64,000 bases of DNA from Fistulifera solaris (lineage: Eukaryota), in contig AP026147.1 of assembly GCA_030295235.1 (NCBI GenBank), positions 1 to 64,000 on the forward strand. The letters run 5' to 3'. The translations under genes were made by a program, and so were the position numbers. Numbering within the stretch: position 1 is the stretch's first letter; each line of letters begins with the position of its first letter. The notes beneath the pieces were generated by a model that searched no databases, had not been told where the DNA came from, and saw nothing but the letters and a program-made list of their open reading frames with translations. Below are positions 46,887 to 59,924 of this stretch, one piece after another.

Positions 46887-49873
46887 TCACATAGGTGTGT
46901 TTTTGATGAGAATGTTCGCTTCTTCCACCAGCTTCTGTAGCACTTCGTTCTGACGCTGAAGCTTACGATGTCTCTCCGTATGCTCCATGGCTTCCTCTTG
47001 CAAGCTTTCCAAAGACATGCGCTCCCGCTCTCGCTTCCTTCGCGAAAGAATGATGGTCATCCGTCGTTTCCTCTCGACCTTTTCCGCGTCTTCCTCATGC
47101 AAAATAAGCTTGTTCCGCGGAATTAGATATCTAGAAGCTTGCTCTTGTTCCCTGCTGTTCGTGAATAGACCCCATTCGTAGCGGACACGTAGCTCTTGCC
47201 ACTTGACAAAGTCACCAAAGCCGAGTTCACCAAACACTGTCTTGGGTAGACCTTCCTTCGTATAACCGTGACTGACCAGCCCTTGCAACAGATCTTCTCT
47301 CGAAGTACCTATACGTGCATCGACTGAGGACAAACCTGCAGAACGCTGAAAATCCAAGATACGCATCGTCTCCTTCAACCTAGCCTCCACCGAATGGCCC
47401 TCATCCTGATTTGCGTCCCTTGAATTCATATTTAGTGCCAAGACATGAATCTGATTGACGCGAATTGGCATCACCGGTAATATTGTTTCGAGAAAGTGAT
47501 CCTTGAACACACGATCAAAGCTAGGATCGGACAAGAAGTACAAAAGGTTGAACCCTCTCGTCTGCGACAAAGGATTCTCGGCCATGATGGAAAGCATGTA
47601 AAATTTACATCGGGCACGTGATAAGCTCGATGACGACTTTTGCAGCTTTGTTCCGTCGCAATAAAGAACGCTCTCTCCACTTTCGACACACGGCAACTGC
47701 ATAAAGTACCCGGTTTGTAACACGGCAACATCTTTGCGCTCAAGAGCGCCTTCGAATGTTTGATTGAGTGGAAGGAAGGCGCGATCACCAAATAGTTCCT
47801 TTCGTACTTCCCAATGCTTTGCGTACATTGTGGCAGCTTTTGTAGCATCACAGTCTGTAAATCGTAGGAAGCATTCCCAGAGACTCTCTTGTTCAGCAAC
47901 GTGTGGGCATTTGTTGACTGCTTCTAAATAAGCAATCTTGCCTTCATTTGGAATATGAGACAGGGCAGTGTGCATGGCTTTTATTGCTGACTTGGTAATT
48001 TCTGTTGCGACTGAGCTTGTATTCCCTTTTTTCCTCCCGTCGTTGGCGAGAAAGGAAATCCGCAGGTCCATGTTGTCCGCCAACTTTTTTAGGTAGAGCT
48101 TCCTTCGCGATGCCTATCGCTTCAAACTTTTGTTGCAGCTGCTCCAGCGATTGAGAATCGGAATAAATATGAATATTTTCAGGTTCGCCGAGCAAACTCG
48201 AGTACATTCGAAGAAATACATTGATGACAAGGTTTGAGAGGAGGCCTCCAGACGATTTGTAGATCGCCTGTGTACCTGCAGGTCGAATAGGGAAGCACTC
48301 CTTGAACAATTTCCCTGACCGAATAAGATTTGCTATCCATCTCGGATCTATGAGAGGGATTTCAATTTCGCTGATCAACGGTATCCCTATCACTCCGTTA
48401 CGAACCGAGTGTGGATTCTTTAAAATCTTTGAGGCAATGTAAAAGTACATCTTTGCACGCATTTTGAAATCCACTTCAGGATCAGAGTCCATTTTCAAAA
48501 ATGATTCGGCACACCAGACCGTGCGACCATATTTATCATTCTGTAGCAAGTAATGCACTCCTGCCCCCGCAGCTTTCTCTCCGTCCGGACCCATTGCTCC
48601 CTCGAGTGTCATTGGCAGCAGGGCACGATCGCCGAATACATCGAAACGGTGTCTCCAATAATTACAGAGTCGTGTCGCCTTGCAACGCCGTCGTAAAGAC
48701 GTGAGATACACTGAAAGCAGAGTGGTAGCACAAAGCCGTCATAACAACGTACCGCAGCCCAAGCGTCATAATCACTAAACTCCATAAACAACGAAGGAGG
48801 CGACTCGTCTTCCACTAAATCCGGTGCTTGTTGTACTGCTTGCAGATAAGCAGCTTTATCCGTGGCGGGAAGGAGTTCCATAGCTTCTTGGAACGACTTC
48901 ATATGACGAGCACTGATTTTCCCTCCCGCGAATAAATCCTGTTCCGAATGTATACTCGACGTTTGCGAAACGCTGGATGCGTCGCACCTTGCCGCGTTCT
49001 CAGTCCCCGATCGCGACGTAAACCCAAGCTTGGTCAGGAATCGGACAAAATCGACGCCCGGATTGTACGACCCGCCCAAGGAAAGAGGCAACGCACTCGG
49101 CAGTAGACCATGGGGTACAAGCTTCATCAAAGCTAACTCGGGTGTCTCACAGTGGTGTAAAAATAGGTAGCTCGAAGATATTCCCCACAACTTGCACAGG
49201 AACGATACGGCATTTTGTATGAATCCCAGCTGAAAGTCAGCTGCAAAGACCATATGAACCGCTTTGATGCGAATGGGAAAGGCCGTGGTGCAAATTTCGG
49301 ACGATTTGGCCGCGACCCTTTGATCCATCGATTTGAAACGTTTATATCGCACCACAAACTTGCAACCCTGCATCGCGGTGACTCGATGTCGGGCTAACAG
49401 CTGATACAGGAATACATTGCGGCGTATTTGCGACTCGATGGAGACTTCTGCACTTTCGGGCTCCAAGCTGCGATCGACGACCACCGTATCTTCCGCCGTG
49501 AGAAGGAAACTTCCCGTTACGATGAGCTGCACATCCTCCGCAGTCAAAGCGCCGTTTCCGCTCAAGTCTAAAAGAGGAAGAAAGGCTCGTTCTCCAAAGA
49601 CTTCCTTTCGCTTTTCCCAGTACGTTACTAAACGCTCGGCGGCACTCCAGACATTGAAGTCTGCAAAAGAAGAAACTGCATCGGATCGGACTCGGTCTCG
49701 ACGAGTTGGGGACATCTTATGAGTGCTTCTCGATAGGCTGTCTGTTGTTGAAGAGGTATTAATGCAAGAGAGTCACGAAGTTGTTCGAGAGCTCGACGCT
49801 GAAAGAAGAACCTTGAAACAGCCGCTTCCGCATCTTGGGAAGACTGTTGATTTTGCGTTGCTGGATAATACAT
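46887..49873 (-). CDS. Triple CRAL-TRIO-like domain protein with C-terminal bZIP-like region, paralog 2
   Basis: Colinear with paralog 1; intron 48679-48752 at the same position; frameshifts near 49670 and 48030. Confidence 0.7.
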
Positions 49874-51451
49874 TTTTATAAATGTAATGCGTTTCTAGCT
49901 CGCCTCTGCATTCAATGATAAGAATGTGGCGTAAATTATGAAGAACAGAAAAGATCAGGAATGCAAAACTATAGGTTTCTTGTTGCTCCGTTCCTCCGTC
50001 GGCAAAGGGCGGACAAGATTCTGGCGCGGAACATCCGAGAACCGTCTTTCTCGTCCGTCCGGGTCGTGGCGAGGTGCAAACGACCTTGCAAACGACGACC
50101 GCAATCCGCAATAGCCCGCAATAGCCAAGAAACCTCCGACGACCGACGACCGACGACGACGACCTTCCGAAAACAGCGTACTGTAGCATTTGAATGTACA
50201 TCCACTTTTCGTTGGACTGAAACGGTCGGACCTCGAGCTCGGGAATCCTCCGGAAGATCGAAGATCATCGGAAGGAACACTTTCTTCTTTGCTCTTTGCT
50301 CTTTCCAAGGTCCAGTCATCTGTTAGGGCTTAAGTAGACGAAAAGCCAATAGACTTATATATTTAAATACATGTTAGGCCATAGTATCTCCAGTATCATC
50401 TGAGATTTCAGTTGTGTGTTTCGAGTTCCTAACTTCGCGTCCGATACTATCGTACAACCAACGATCTACAACATCGGAAACAGAAAAACCTTCCATAAGT
50501 TTGAATCATAAAAGAATAAAGAACATGAGTCCTAAAATCATAACATAAAGTACATGAAGAATACCTTCTCCCCGAGAACAGAGAACAGATGATAGTTTGT
50601 CCTCCGCATTTACAATGTCGGACCTTTGCGGAAAAATGACCGCATCGTCGATGTCAGCATTTATAGTGACGGCAATGTTCGATTGACATCCAACATTCAT
50701 GGCATTGGACTGCTCACAATCTCTCTTCATCTTTCGTGATCAACCTAAAGTTGAGAGACATTATGCCTGTGTTCATTGGAGTGTAAATGAACGACAAGAC
50801 TAAATGTTTGTGGTTAAAATGTTGACGATGATGACGATTCTCTTATTGTTCTCGCTGTCTGCCTTGAACTTTTCGTCAAAAATCAACATCTTGTTTCGAA
50901 AATTGCGCAGTGGATGCTCAAGCCTTCTAGAAATAATGAATATACCTCCTCGTGTGGGTCGTGATTGTTTTCTAGACCACGTCAATTGGTCCTTAACAGA
51001 AAGGGTGAAAAGTCTTTCCACGAAGTAAAGTTAAAGATTTTACCATTGTGCCAATTCGACTATGCTTTTTTTAAACAAGTTTGAGATGGCGCTCTCTAGG
51101 AGCAACAAGGCTAGAGAGGGACGAGAAGCATTGTAAACGACGCACGGACTGAGGACGGACTATGATGACGTCCTGTGTACCGATACGACGCACGTATGAT
51201 GACGTACGGACGAACATGCCGACGAAGCGACAAAAAGTGACGCGATGATGAGTGACGAGAGGATGAAACACAAAGGAAAGATACTTGTATCGATCTTTCA
51301 TCATTGTGATCCGTAACTCATTTGTTGTTTATTTTGATTCCTGTCAACGAATCAATTCACCTCTTCGGTAATTTTGCTGAAAGGAGAAAGGAGCCTGGTT
51401 TTCATTCATCCTCTCGTTTGCAGAATTTTATTTTCCTAAGCTCCTACAATC

Positions 51452-53751
51452 ATGTTTCGGTCCTTGACGGTCGGCTTTCTTTACGGGTGGGGATCGCTCT
51501 GTGTCCTCGGCATTTATTCCGTCACTGCCTTGACCGTCGGATCTCAACAACAGCGTGTGACAAATTTGCGGAATCGCATCGAACGCATACGAACGACCCA
51601 GTTTAACTTTTTGTCGCAACAACTCGACAGCATGTGGTATTATTTGCAACATGATTTCGAAACGACCGGACAACTGTCGGAATTGGAAGACGCCATGTTG
51701 CAACAAGCACCGTTGGAGGTACTCGAACGCATGGCGTTGGTGCGTCCGAATGCTTTAGCGGCCATGGAGCAGCAGTTGCAAGAATTTGAGCAATTGGCTC
51801 CTTTGGTGATTATGTCGGATTTCATGACGTCTCTTCAGGATGTCAAACAACCACTTTCGACGAATGTGATGCCATCCGAAACAGCAGCAGCAACGACAAC
51901 GCCGTCTGCGAGTACATCGACGCCAGCAAATCCAAGAACAACAACGAAAAAGGTCCCTTCGTCCCTCGTTTTGGCCAATCTTCGTCGCGAGCAACAATCG
52001 AGCAATGAAACGGTCGTGGATATTTGTATTGTCGGTGCCGGATTGGGTGGTTTGTGTGCGGGTGCCATTTTGAATACATTGTACAAAAAACAGGTGGCGA
52101 TTTTCGAATCGCATTATGTAGCGGGGGTTGTGCGCATGCGTTTCCACGCCAAGTGGGCAACCTGCAATTTGTGATGGATTCGGGGCCAACGATTTTGACG
52201 GGATGCACTAGCAATAGTCGCGTCAATGCCTTGCAACAAGTGTTACAAGCCATCGATCAAACTGTGGAATGGATACCCTATCAATCGTGGGGAATGATTG
52301 AATCGCCGGGGACACCCAATGAACTTCGATGGAGTGTGCCTTTGGGAAAAGAAAAAATGATACAAGGACCGATTCTACAATTTGGAGGGGCGGCGGCTGT
52401 ACAAGAATACAAAGCGTTGCAAGAATTGTCCAAGTCGTTGACAGTCGGAGCCGAATTACCGGCCATGGCGATGCGACCGGGAAAAACAGCCCTAGTTCCG
52501 TTGTTGCGCTATTTGTCTACTACAACGAAACTGTTGAGTCAACCGATGGATCTGCTGACGGGGACTTTTGCACCGTACATGGACGGGCCACTGTTTACGG
52601 TCCAAAGTCCTTGGTTAAGGAATTGGCTCGATGCGTTGGCCTTTTCCTTGTCCGGCCTTCCCGCCAATCGCACAGCGGCGGCAGCCATGGCGGTTGTATT
52701 ACAGGATATGGAAACGTCGCAATTGGATTATCCGGTTGGTGGGATGGGAAGTATCGTCGATGCATTGGTTCGTGGAGTCGAACAGGGTTCGGCGGGCAGT
52801 AAAGTACATTTGCGTTCACCCGTCAAGTCGATTGATTGCAACGATATTGCCAGTCGTTTCGTCGGCGTCACACTGGAAAATGGACAACGTATACGAGCGC
52901 GACAAGGTGTCATCTGCAATGCGCCTCTCTGGAGTTTAGCGGAGTTCATTAAAGATCCTCGTGCTCTCCGTAAATTAAACAACAACCAAATATACAATTT
53001 ACCGGCATCCTCCGAGTCATCCTCGACGCTACCGCAACGACGCACATCATGGGTCAACAATCGTATCGTCGACCATCGCGATAACACGGCTACTATAGAC
53101 ACAGAATCGTTGCTACAAACATGCGAGACGGCGGAAATGACAGGCTCCTTCATGCATTTGCATTTGGCCTTGAATGCTTCAGGCCTAGATCTCGCCTCCC
53201 TTGAAGCACACTACACGGTGATGGATCGTGGTCTTGGTGGACACAATGCAACGGACGGTCCCACCGGAATTCTCAATATGATTGCTGTGTCTAATCCGTG
53301 TCGACTTGATCCGACCTTGGCACCACAAGGAACTATTGTTGTACATGCTTACGGAGCTGCCAATGAACCATACGAAATTTGGGAAGATATGGATCGGAAG
53401 TCGACCAAATATCGTATCTTAAAACAAAAACGCGCTGAGCCGCTTTGGCGAGCCGTCGAAAGTATCATTCCCGACGCACGTGAACGGGTTTTATTGGAAC
53501 TGATCGGTTCGCCACTGACCCACGAGCGCTTTTTACGACGTCCCGGCGGAACCTATGGGAGCGCTACGGAAGATTATCTGCCTAATGGCCTCACCAATTT
53601 CGAAAGCCTAGTTCTCGCGAATGACGGTGTATTTCCCGGTATTGGTGTTCCGGCCGTAGCGATCGCCGGAGCGAGTGCCGCGCATGCGTTTGTTACGATC
53701 GGAGAGCAGTGGTCTGTTCTCAACAAGTTGGAGCGAAAACAACAACGCTAG
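51452..53751 (+). CDS. Carotenoid isomerase (CRTISO)-like FAD oxidoreductase
   Basis: IVGAGLGGL, ESHY.AGGCAH, DSGPT, YPVGGMG, SPLTHERFL..GTYG and FPGIGVPAVA. One G missing near 52125. Signal-like N-terminus. Confidence 0.88.
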
Positions 53752-53881
53752 GCACGTATGGGGAGCCGGATGTAGTACAAAAATCAAAATCTACTGAATT
53801 ATCTATCGCGGGACCCTTAGAAGTCGAGTTCTGGACGTGAAATACAAAATTGCAGGAGAGAAACCGACGTCCTTCGCACGT

Positions 53882-55180
53882 TCACGAGACGTCTGTGTCG
53901 TTCAGGTACACTCGCGTGAGAGGTGTTAGAAGATTGGTACTCGCATTGACCACTTGCAAATACGTAGGGAAGAACCCCAGTGGAGGCAGGTGTGCCTTTT
54001 TACGTTTCTTCCAGTGGGTCCGGACGTTAATATCGGTGCGCCCTTGTTCTTTCAACAATTCGGAAAGTTCGTACATCCAAAAATGCTTGGCCGATTTGTA
54101 TTGGGTGTTCGGTCGGCAGCATTCGGGCGGTGCACCGCCTTTCAACCAAGGTTTCGACAATCCCGAAAAATGAACAAAACAATGGAACGGATATTTCATT
54201 TGGGAGTGCTTCCCCGGCAGACGAATCCTGGGACTGTCGTCGTTCAAAAACGCATCGGTGGTTTGATGAAAGGGCTTTATTTTGGTTACGGCGACACCGT
54301 TCCATCCATAGTGAGCTATAGCTCCCGTACGATGGACAACGCTGACGGATTTGCGATGGTATTTGGCATAATAGTACAGCAGTCCCTGATCGGCAAAGGC
54401 TGCGAGAAACGACCATTGTGTTCCGCTTTGAAGTTCACTGGTCCAAGGGTCGTTGATAAGATTATGACCCCAGCCCATGGTGAGATCAAAGTGCGGATAA
54501 TCGAGCTGGGCAGCCTTGGCTTCTCGCTTGGCAATGATCTGTTGAATTTCATCGAGATATCCTGTCTTCAACAAAAAGAATCCGCCATTGAACGGCTCTC
54601 TCAGACCTTCGATCACCACATTTTCTTGAAATTGGCGCGAAGACAGGAACGGATCCAAGTTACAGAGAGGCATGATATCGCCATCCAGAAAGAGAATTTT
54701 TTCGTACTGCTGCAATCCCAAGATTCGAAACTTGTCCAATTGCGTTCGATAAAAGGTTTCGCGTTTTTGCGGTGGGATGGAGTAGATGATGACATTCTGC
54801 GAGTCCAGCAACTGCAAATCTTCGTTCGGAAGTTGCAATTTGGTGGCCGTTTCCGACATTTGAAAGAGGGCGACCACATCGGCTTTATTGCCCAGACGTT
54901 TCAAAATGCGGGCGGCGACGGCGATACTGAACAAATAATTTTGTTACGTGGGTCGATTGACTGGATCGCAACCGCCAATGACAAACGCATACGCGTAGCG
55001 AGATGTGCCGTCGACCGATGACGGAGGATCGTGAATCCAATCTGGCTCATGGTAGAAATGAAACAGTTGCGTGAGCTGGTACAAGTTTCGCAAGTTAAGC
55101 GAAATCGCTACGCTGATGAAAAGAAATGCTCCAAATATCTTCCATGTTCGTTTTCTACTTTGTGGTGGTAAAAACGACAT
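53882..55180 (-). CDS. GT8-family (glycogenin-like) type II membrane glycosyltransferase
   Basis: TM, RYAYA, KFRILGLQQYEKILFLDGD, FNGGFF, DQGLL and HFSG..KPW. Frameshift near 54945. Confidence 0.85.
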
Positions 55181-56838
55181 ATCGGACGATAAACGATACG
55201 ACGATGATAGTTCAGGCTTGCCTTAGGCAGTCATCTTTTCAAAGCATGGGACGAGGCAGCAGGAAAAAGGCACAATAAATACGGAGTTATAAAGACGATG
55301 CTTGAAACCTGCTTGAAAACTGCCTAGGGTCTAGAGCACAGCGCACAGCCACTATCTATGCTGTCTTCCCAAGTCAAAAGTTGAAGTGCTCTCTAGTATT
55401 TGGTATTTGCTCTAGAGTGCTGGGTGCTGGAGAGGAACTTTGAACTCTGTGTGCTTGGTGGCTATAATACCTGGTAGTTGAACGACGCGAGAAGGCATCT
55501 TTCATTTATCGGGTGTCTTCTGGGAAACATTAGCTGCTGAATACGGAACTTAAGACGGAAAAAATGCTCTCTCTAGAGTAACATTTCGTTGCCGATACTA
55601 CAGTAGACTCTAGGTAAAGATACTCGGTAAGAAAGTAGCCAAGATTTAACCCCTGGAGGTCTAGTTCGGAGTTCGGAGTCCGGGGCTATTCTAACGCGAG
55701 ACCCGTGACTCACGGCTCACGACCCAGCCTCCGATGGGCGATGCCCGACAACAGACCACACCTCTATCTTTCATGATCCAGGAGATCCATCTTGCGGCTA
55801 TCTCGTGCATATTATCAATGTATCATTCATCTTGATGCGGGCTTTTCTATTATTCCGTATCTTTCTATTGCCATTCTGTCACCATGAGTTATGACTCGAT
55901 TATTTCTTTCTCGCCGTCGTCGGCTCTTCACTTTGATGAATGAATCATCGTCCACGATGCACAATCCTCGACTCTCTTCGAATTAGGTACTAGATAAACG
56001 TTTTTCTCCAAGACGGATCTCCGTGGTGAAGCAGCAACAACAGGGTCCATGCTACCAAGAGCAGGCTCCCTATGAATGTTTCACATGACGTAGCAACGAA
56101 CGTGACTGAACAGATCATTCCCACAATGCTGAGCCCGATTCGGATCGACTGGCGTTTTCGTGGACATGATCGAAAGCGTCTTATGTCATTGGTGCTACTT
56201 TAATGAGTAGTGTAAACCCATAAATCGAATGAGATTTGACGTTGGAGCATTTTTGTTAGAGACAGCAGGACGCACGTCACCTCAACTTAGGGACGAAATT
56301 TTTAACTCGTGTACACTTTGTAGGACAGTGTCAAATTTGAAACGAATGACATCTACACACGTCATTGCAATTTCATGATGCCATCCTTCTTTTTGGCCTA
56401 TTGTGAGAGAACGCTCTGACACACTTGACACCCGGTTTCTTCGATTGTGTCACGTTTTTATTGATGTCGGAAGAAGAAACAGGAACCAGTGACGGTTTTT
56501 AGTATCTGCTACAATGTAGGAAAGCGAAGGTATGGTACTTCAACGGGCAATTATAGACGAAGTTGTATTTTGTATAGAACAATGAATAGTTGGAAAATTG
56601 CGGAGGATGAAACGTGAAGGCGTAAAAGTGTGCAACCGATGGTCGCCATCAAAGTCATGTTTTCGCTTTGTTTTTGCCTACAAAACAAAAGCTAATTACC
56701 TTGCTTACACCTTTTACAGTTTCTCTTGTCATTGGTATCCCAAGACATAGCATTCATAGATAGAGTTGCTCTGGATCATCGCATCATTCTCTCGGGTCTT
56801 CTTTACACTACTGTTATCATCATCTTCACAAAATCATC

Positions 56839-57225
56839 ATGACAAATTCCTCGATTCCCAATACTCCTTCAGTTTCTCATCGTCGAGCTGCTGCTGCTGC
56901 TGTTACGAAAGCCCTACTGGACCCACCGGCACGTCCACCGCGTCGCACGTGTTCCGTCCAGACACTCTCCGCCTTGGCGACGTCGTGCCCTGCAGATTTT
57001 CCGTTGACACTGACGTGTAGTAGCCCTCCAGACATCTTTCGTCTCGAGCCACGATTGTTGTTGGCGGCAACATCTTCGGTTTGTGACCGAAGAGTCTCTT
57101 CTTCGTCCACAGCATCCAGTGCACGACTTCCTCGGATACGAGATTTCTTGGAAGAGGACGATGACCATGAGGATCTTCCTCCGTGCAAACGTCTCAAGAT
57201 GCGTTCTTCTACCATGCGCTGGTAA
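56839..57225 (+). CDS. Hypothetical Ser/Pro-rich protein with an NLS-like PPCKRLK
   Basis: 128-aa ORF with a plausible start context; no recognised domain. Confidence 0.4.
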   Translation: MTNSSIPNTPSVSHRRAAAAAVTKALLDPPARPPRRTCSVQTLSALATSCPADFPLTLTCSSPPDIFRLEPRLLLAATSSVCDRRVSSSSTASSARLPRIRDFLEEDDDHEDLPPCKRLKMRSSTMRW

Positions 57226-57694
57226 AACCAAGCCTCCTGGCTTTGCTATCGCAACAAACACTCTTTTGAATTCTACGCTAGAATCTTTGCTATACTGCTT
57301 GAGAACAAAGGACCTTGTGAACGCTATCTTCTCGCTCAATCTGTTTGTCTATTTCTCTACTTGTCTATACCTATTGTAATTACTGCAATAACTGTTAATA
57401 TTTGTTTACACTCCTTTCATTAATGGCTTTCGATAGCTTTAGTTTTTTATCGATGATTGCTGCTCTTTGACAAAACGAGAATGAATTGACAAGCATCAAG
57501 CACCATCCGTATCGTTCCAGTACTAGCCGAATTCATTGCGGAGTAATACAAAATAAACCTCAAACGTCAAACGTGATTAAAGTTTATTCAATGTCGTTAA
57601 TTCAATCCCAATTTCATTCAACTCTATCGCTGCATCCCTACATCCGTCTCTCCTTTCGTATCTTCCATCGCCGCTGGTTTCTTCCGACATCCTT

Positions 57695-59394
57695 TTACCA
57701 TAAATGAAATTTCGGTAAGCGGTGCATGACTTCGGCTTTCAACACCAAGGGCAGCGCTACGGGGATGACTTTGAGATCGGGATACAAGGCCGACGCAATC
57801 CCTTCCATAATTTCGACGGCCAAGGCGGCACTGACAAAACTCGGTTCCAATTTGACCTTGTGCATACAGGCCAGGTAACAAATGTCGACAATGTAATCAC
57901 CGACATTTTCGACAAAATTATTCCCTTTATCGGACTCGACAATCTGTTGAATGCCTTGGACAAAGAGTTGCACATCGACATCACTGGCTTGATGTCGCGT
58001 AGACGACGTATCGACCATGAGTTGACCCGCCTTGGTACCATCCTGTCGCGTAAAGGCTCCCAAGATCTTGACAACATTCACGTGTTGTTCCGGTCCCATT
58101 TCCAAGACAATCCCACAATCGAGTAAATGCAAATGGGGTTGCTGGGTTTCTTCGTTCCAACTGACCAGTATATTTCCCGGATGCAAGTCTGCATGGAGTA
58201 AGAATGTACGTTTTTAGTTTGCGAATGAGTGAAAACAAGGAATAGAACAACCCAAACCAAAACTACTCCTTATACGCACCACCATGTAAGAAATCATCCA
58301 AAAGATCATTTTCAATGTCGTTTCCAATCCCAACAAGGCGACTTGTTGACGGACTTTTCCGAATATTTCGTTTCGTTGGTAAATTCCAAAATGGGTGTCC
58401 CTTGCACAAAGGTTTCCGTCAAGACTTGTCGTGTCGTATAATCCATGAGTGGTGTCGGAAAGGAAACCTTTGGATTGGACGCAAAATTGTGTTGAAAGCG
58501 TTGTAAATGTTTGGCTTCCAAGGTCAAATCCAATTGCGGTAACATGATATCCCGAAATTGGGTCACCGTATCCACCAAACTGAGATACTGCAAATTGAGG
58601 TACGGCAAAGCTTCCAACCATTGGGCGACTTTGGCCATGATATAAAAATCGACACAGACTTTGTACAAGATTCCGGGATGTTGGACTTTGACCGCGAGGG
58701 GTGTTCCGGCCGGATACTTGTCAACGGCGTGCAACAACTGACCCTTATACACTTGAGCAATGCATCCCGAACCAATCGGTGTCTTTTCTAAAGCGACATG
58801 TTGTAAAAAGGAAGGTGGCAATTGTTGGACGGTTTCCTGCCAACTGTGACCGGCCGTTTCATCGCGCAACGCCCCAAAGTAGGAACAAAATTCGGGCGAA
58901 AACAAATCGTGTCGGGTCGTCGCCCATTGCACTAGTTTGACAAAGGTCGGTCCCGCTTGTTCCAATCCCCATAAGGCGTACTGCCAATGATAGTTTTGAA
59001 TGGTGGTCGAATACGCCGCGAATGGATACAGAAGGACAAAGGGCGTTGCGAGGGCCGTCAACGACAGCAATCGTGTCACGGCACGGTACCATCGTTCTAT
59101 TTTCGAGGAACCCAATTGCGCCAACAATTCATCCGTCCAATCTTTCCGAAACCAATCCATCCATTGCGTTGGTGGTGCGTGAGTCATAGTCGCAGCATCG
59201 AGACGTGTCTTATTTTTGTGGGTCGCTGCTGCTGCTGTCACCGCCGCCGACAGTAAATGACGAATCTTTAATTTGAGACCATTCTTTTGAAAGTACAGCA
59301 ATTGTCGTTGAATATTATTCGAAGGCATAGCAAAAAATCGACTGCCGTACCGTTGTACCATCATCGGCGATGTATAATACAAAAAACGATGCAT
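57695..59394 (-). CDS. ABC1/UbiB atypical protein kinase (ADCK2-like)
   Basis: AGPTFVKLVQW, IGSGCIAQVY, AVKVQHP, QLDLTLEA, HG|DLHPGN across intron 58189-58279, and LDCG. Frameshifts near 58300-58360. Confidence 0.9.
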
Positions 59395-59651
59395 GATGAA
59401 ACGAAAGAAAATGGAAGAAAGAGCAAAAGAGAACAAGTAAATTATTCACACAAGTGCGTAAGAATGACAGAGGAACGGAAGGACTGCAGGAATCGAATAC
59501 CAAACCAATTCAACCACATCTACTGCATTATAACTTTGATGGTTGCTTCTGTCTTTTGTCTTTTCATCATCGTGTCAACCAAACAAAGCGTCGCGTTCGC
59601 TATCGCTCATGCATCGGCGTTTGCTCCTCGTACGTGCGTGTTCGGAAGGTC

Positions 59652-59690
<39 letters not shown>
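59652..59690 (+). repeat. (GTCT)n microsatellite in a divergent intergenic region
   Basis: About 10 perfect units between the ABC1 and GPAT starts. Confidence 0.9.
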
Positions 59691-59924
59691 CGACTATCCG
59701 CTCGATGGAATTCGGAATTTTTCCAGGGTTCAAACCGCAAACACACGAAAACACCTTTTGCGAAAAAGAAGCATTCCATTCGAGCGAGATCTTTTTTTTT
59801 CGAGACGAAAAAGCACGAACGAACGATGGGAGATGCCATGAAAGCGTTCTCATTTTCATTTTCATTTGCAAGTAGAACAACCAAACGACTTCTTTCTTAC
59901 TCAACTAAATACTAACTATCAATA

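Noticed and set aside
53954..55021. 355-aa plus-strand ORF
   Set aside because: Antisense shadow of the GT8 gene with no motifs; the same applies to 41225-42046.
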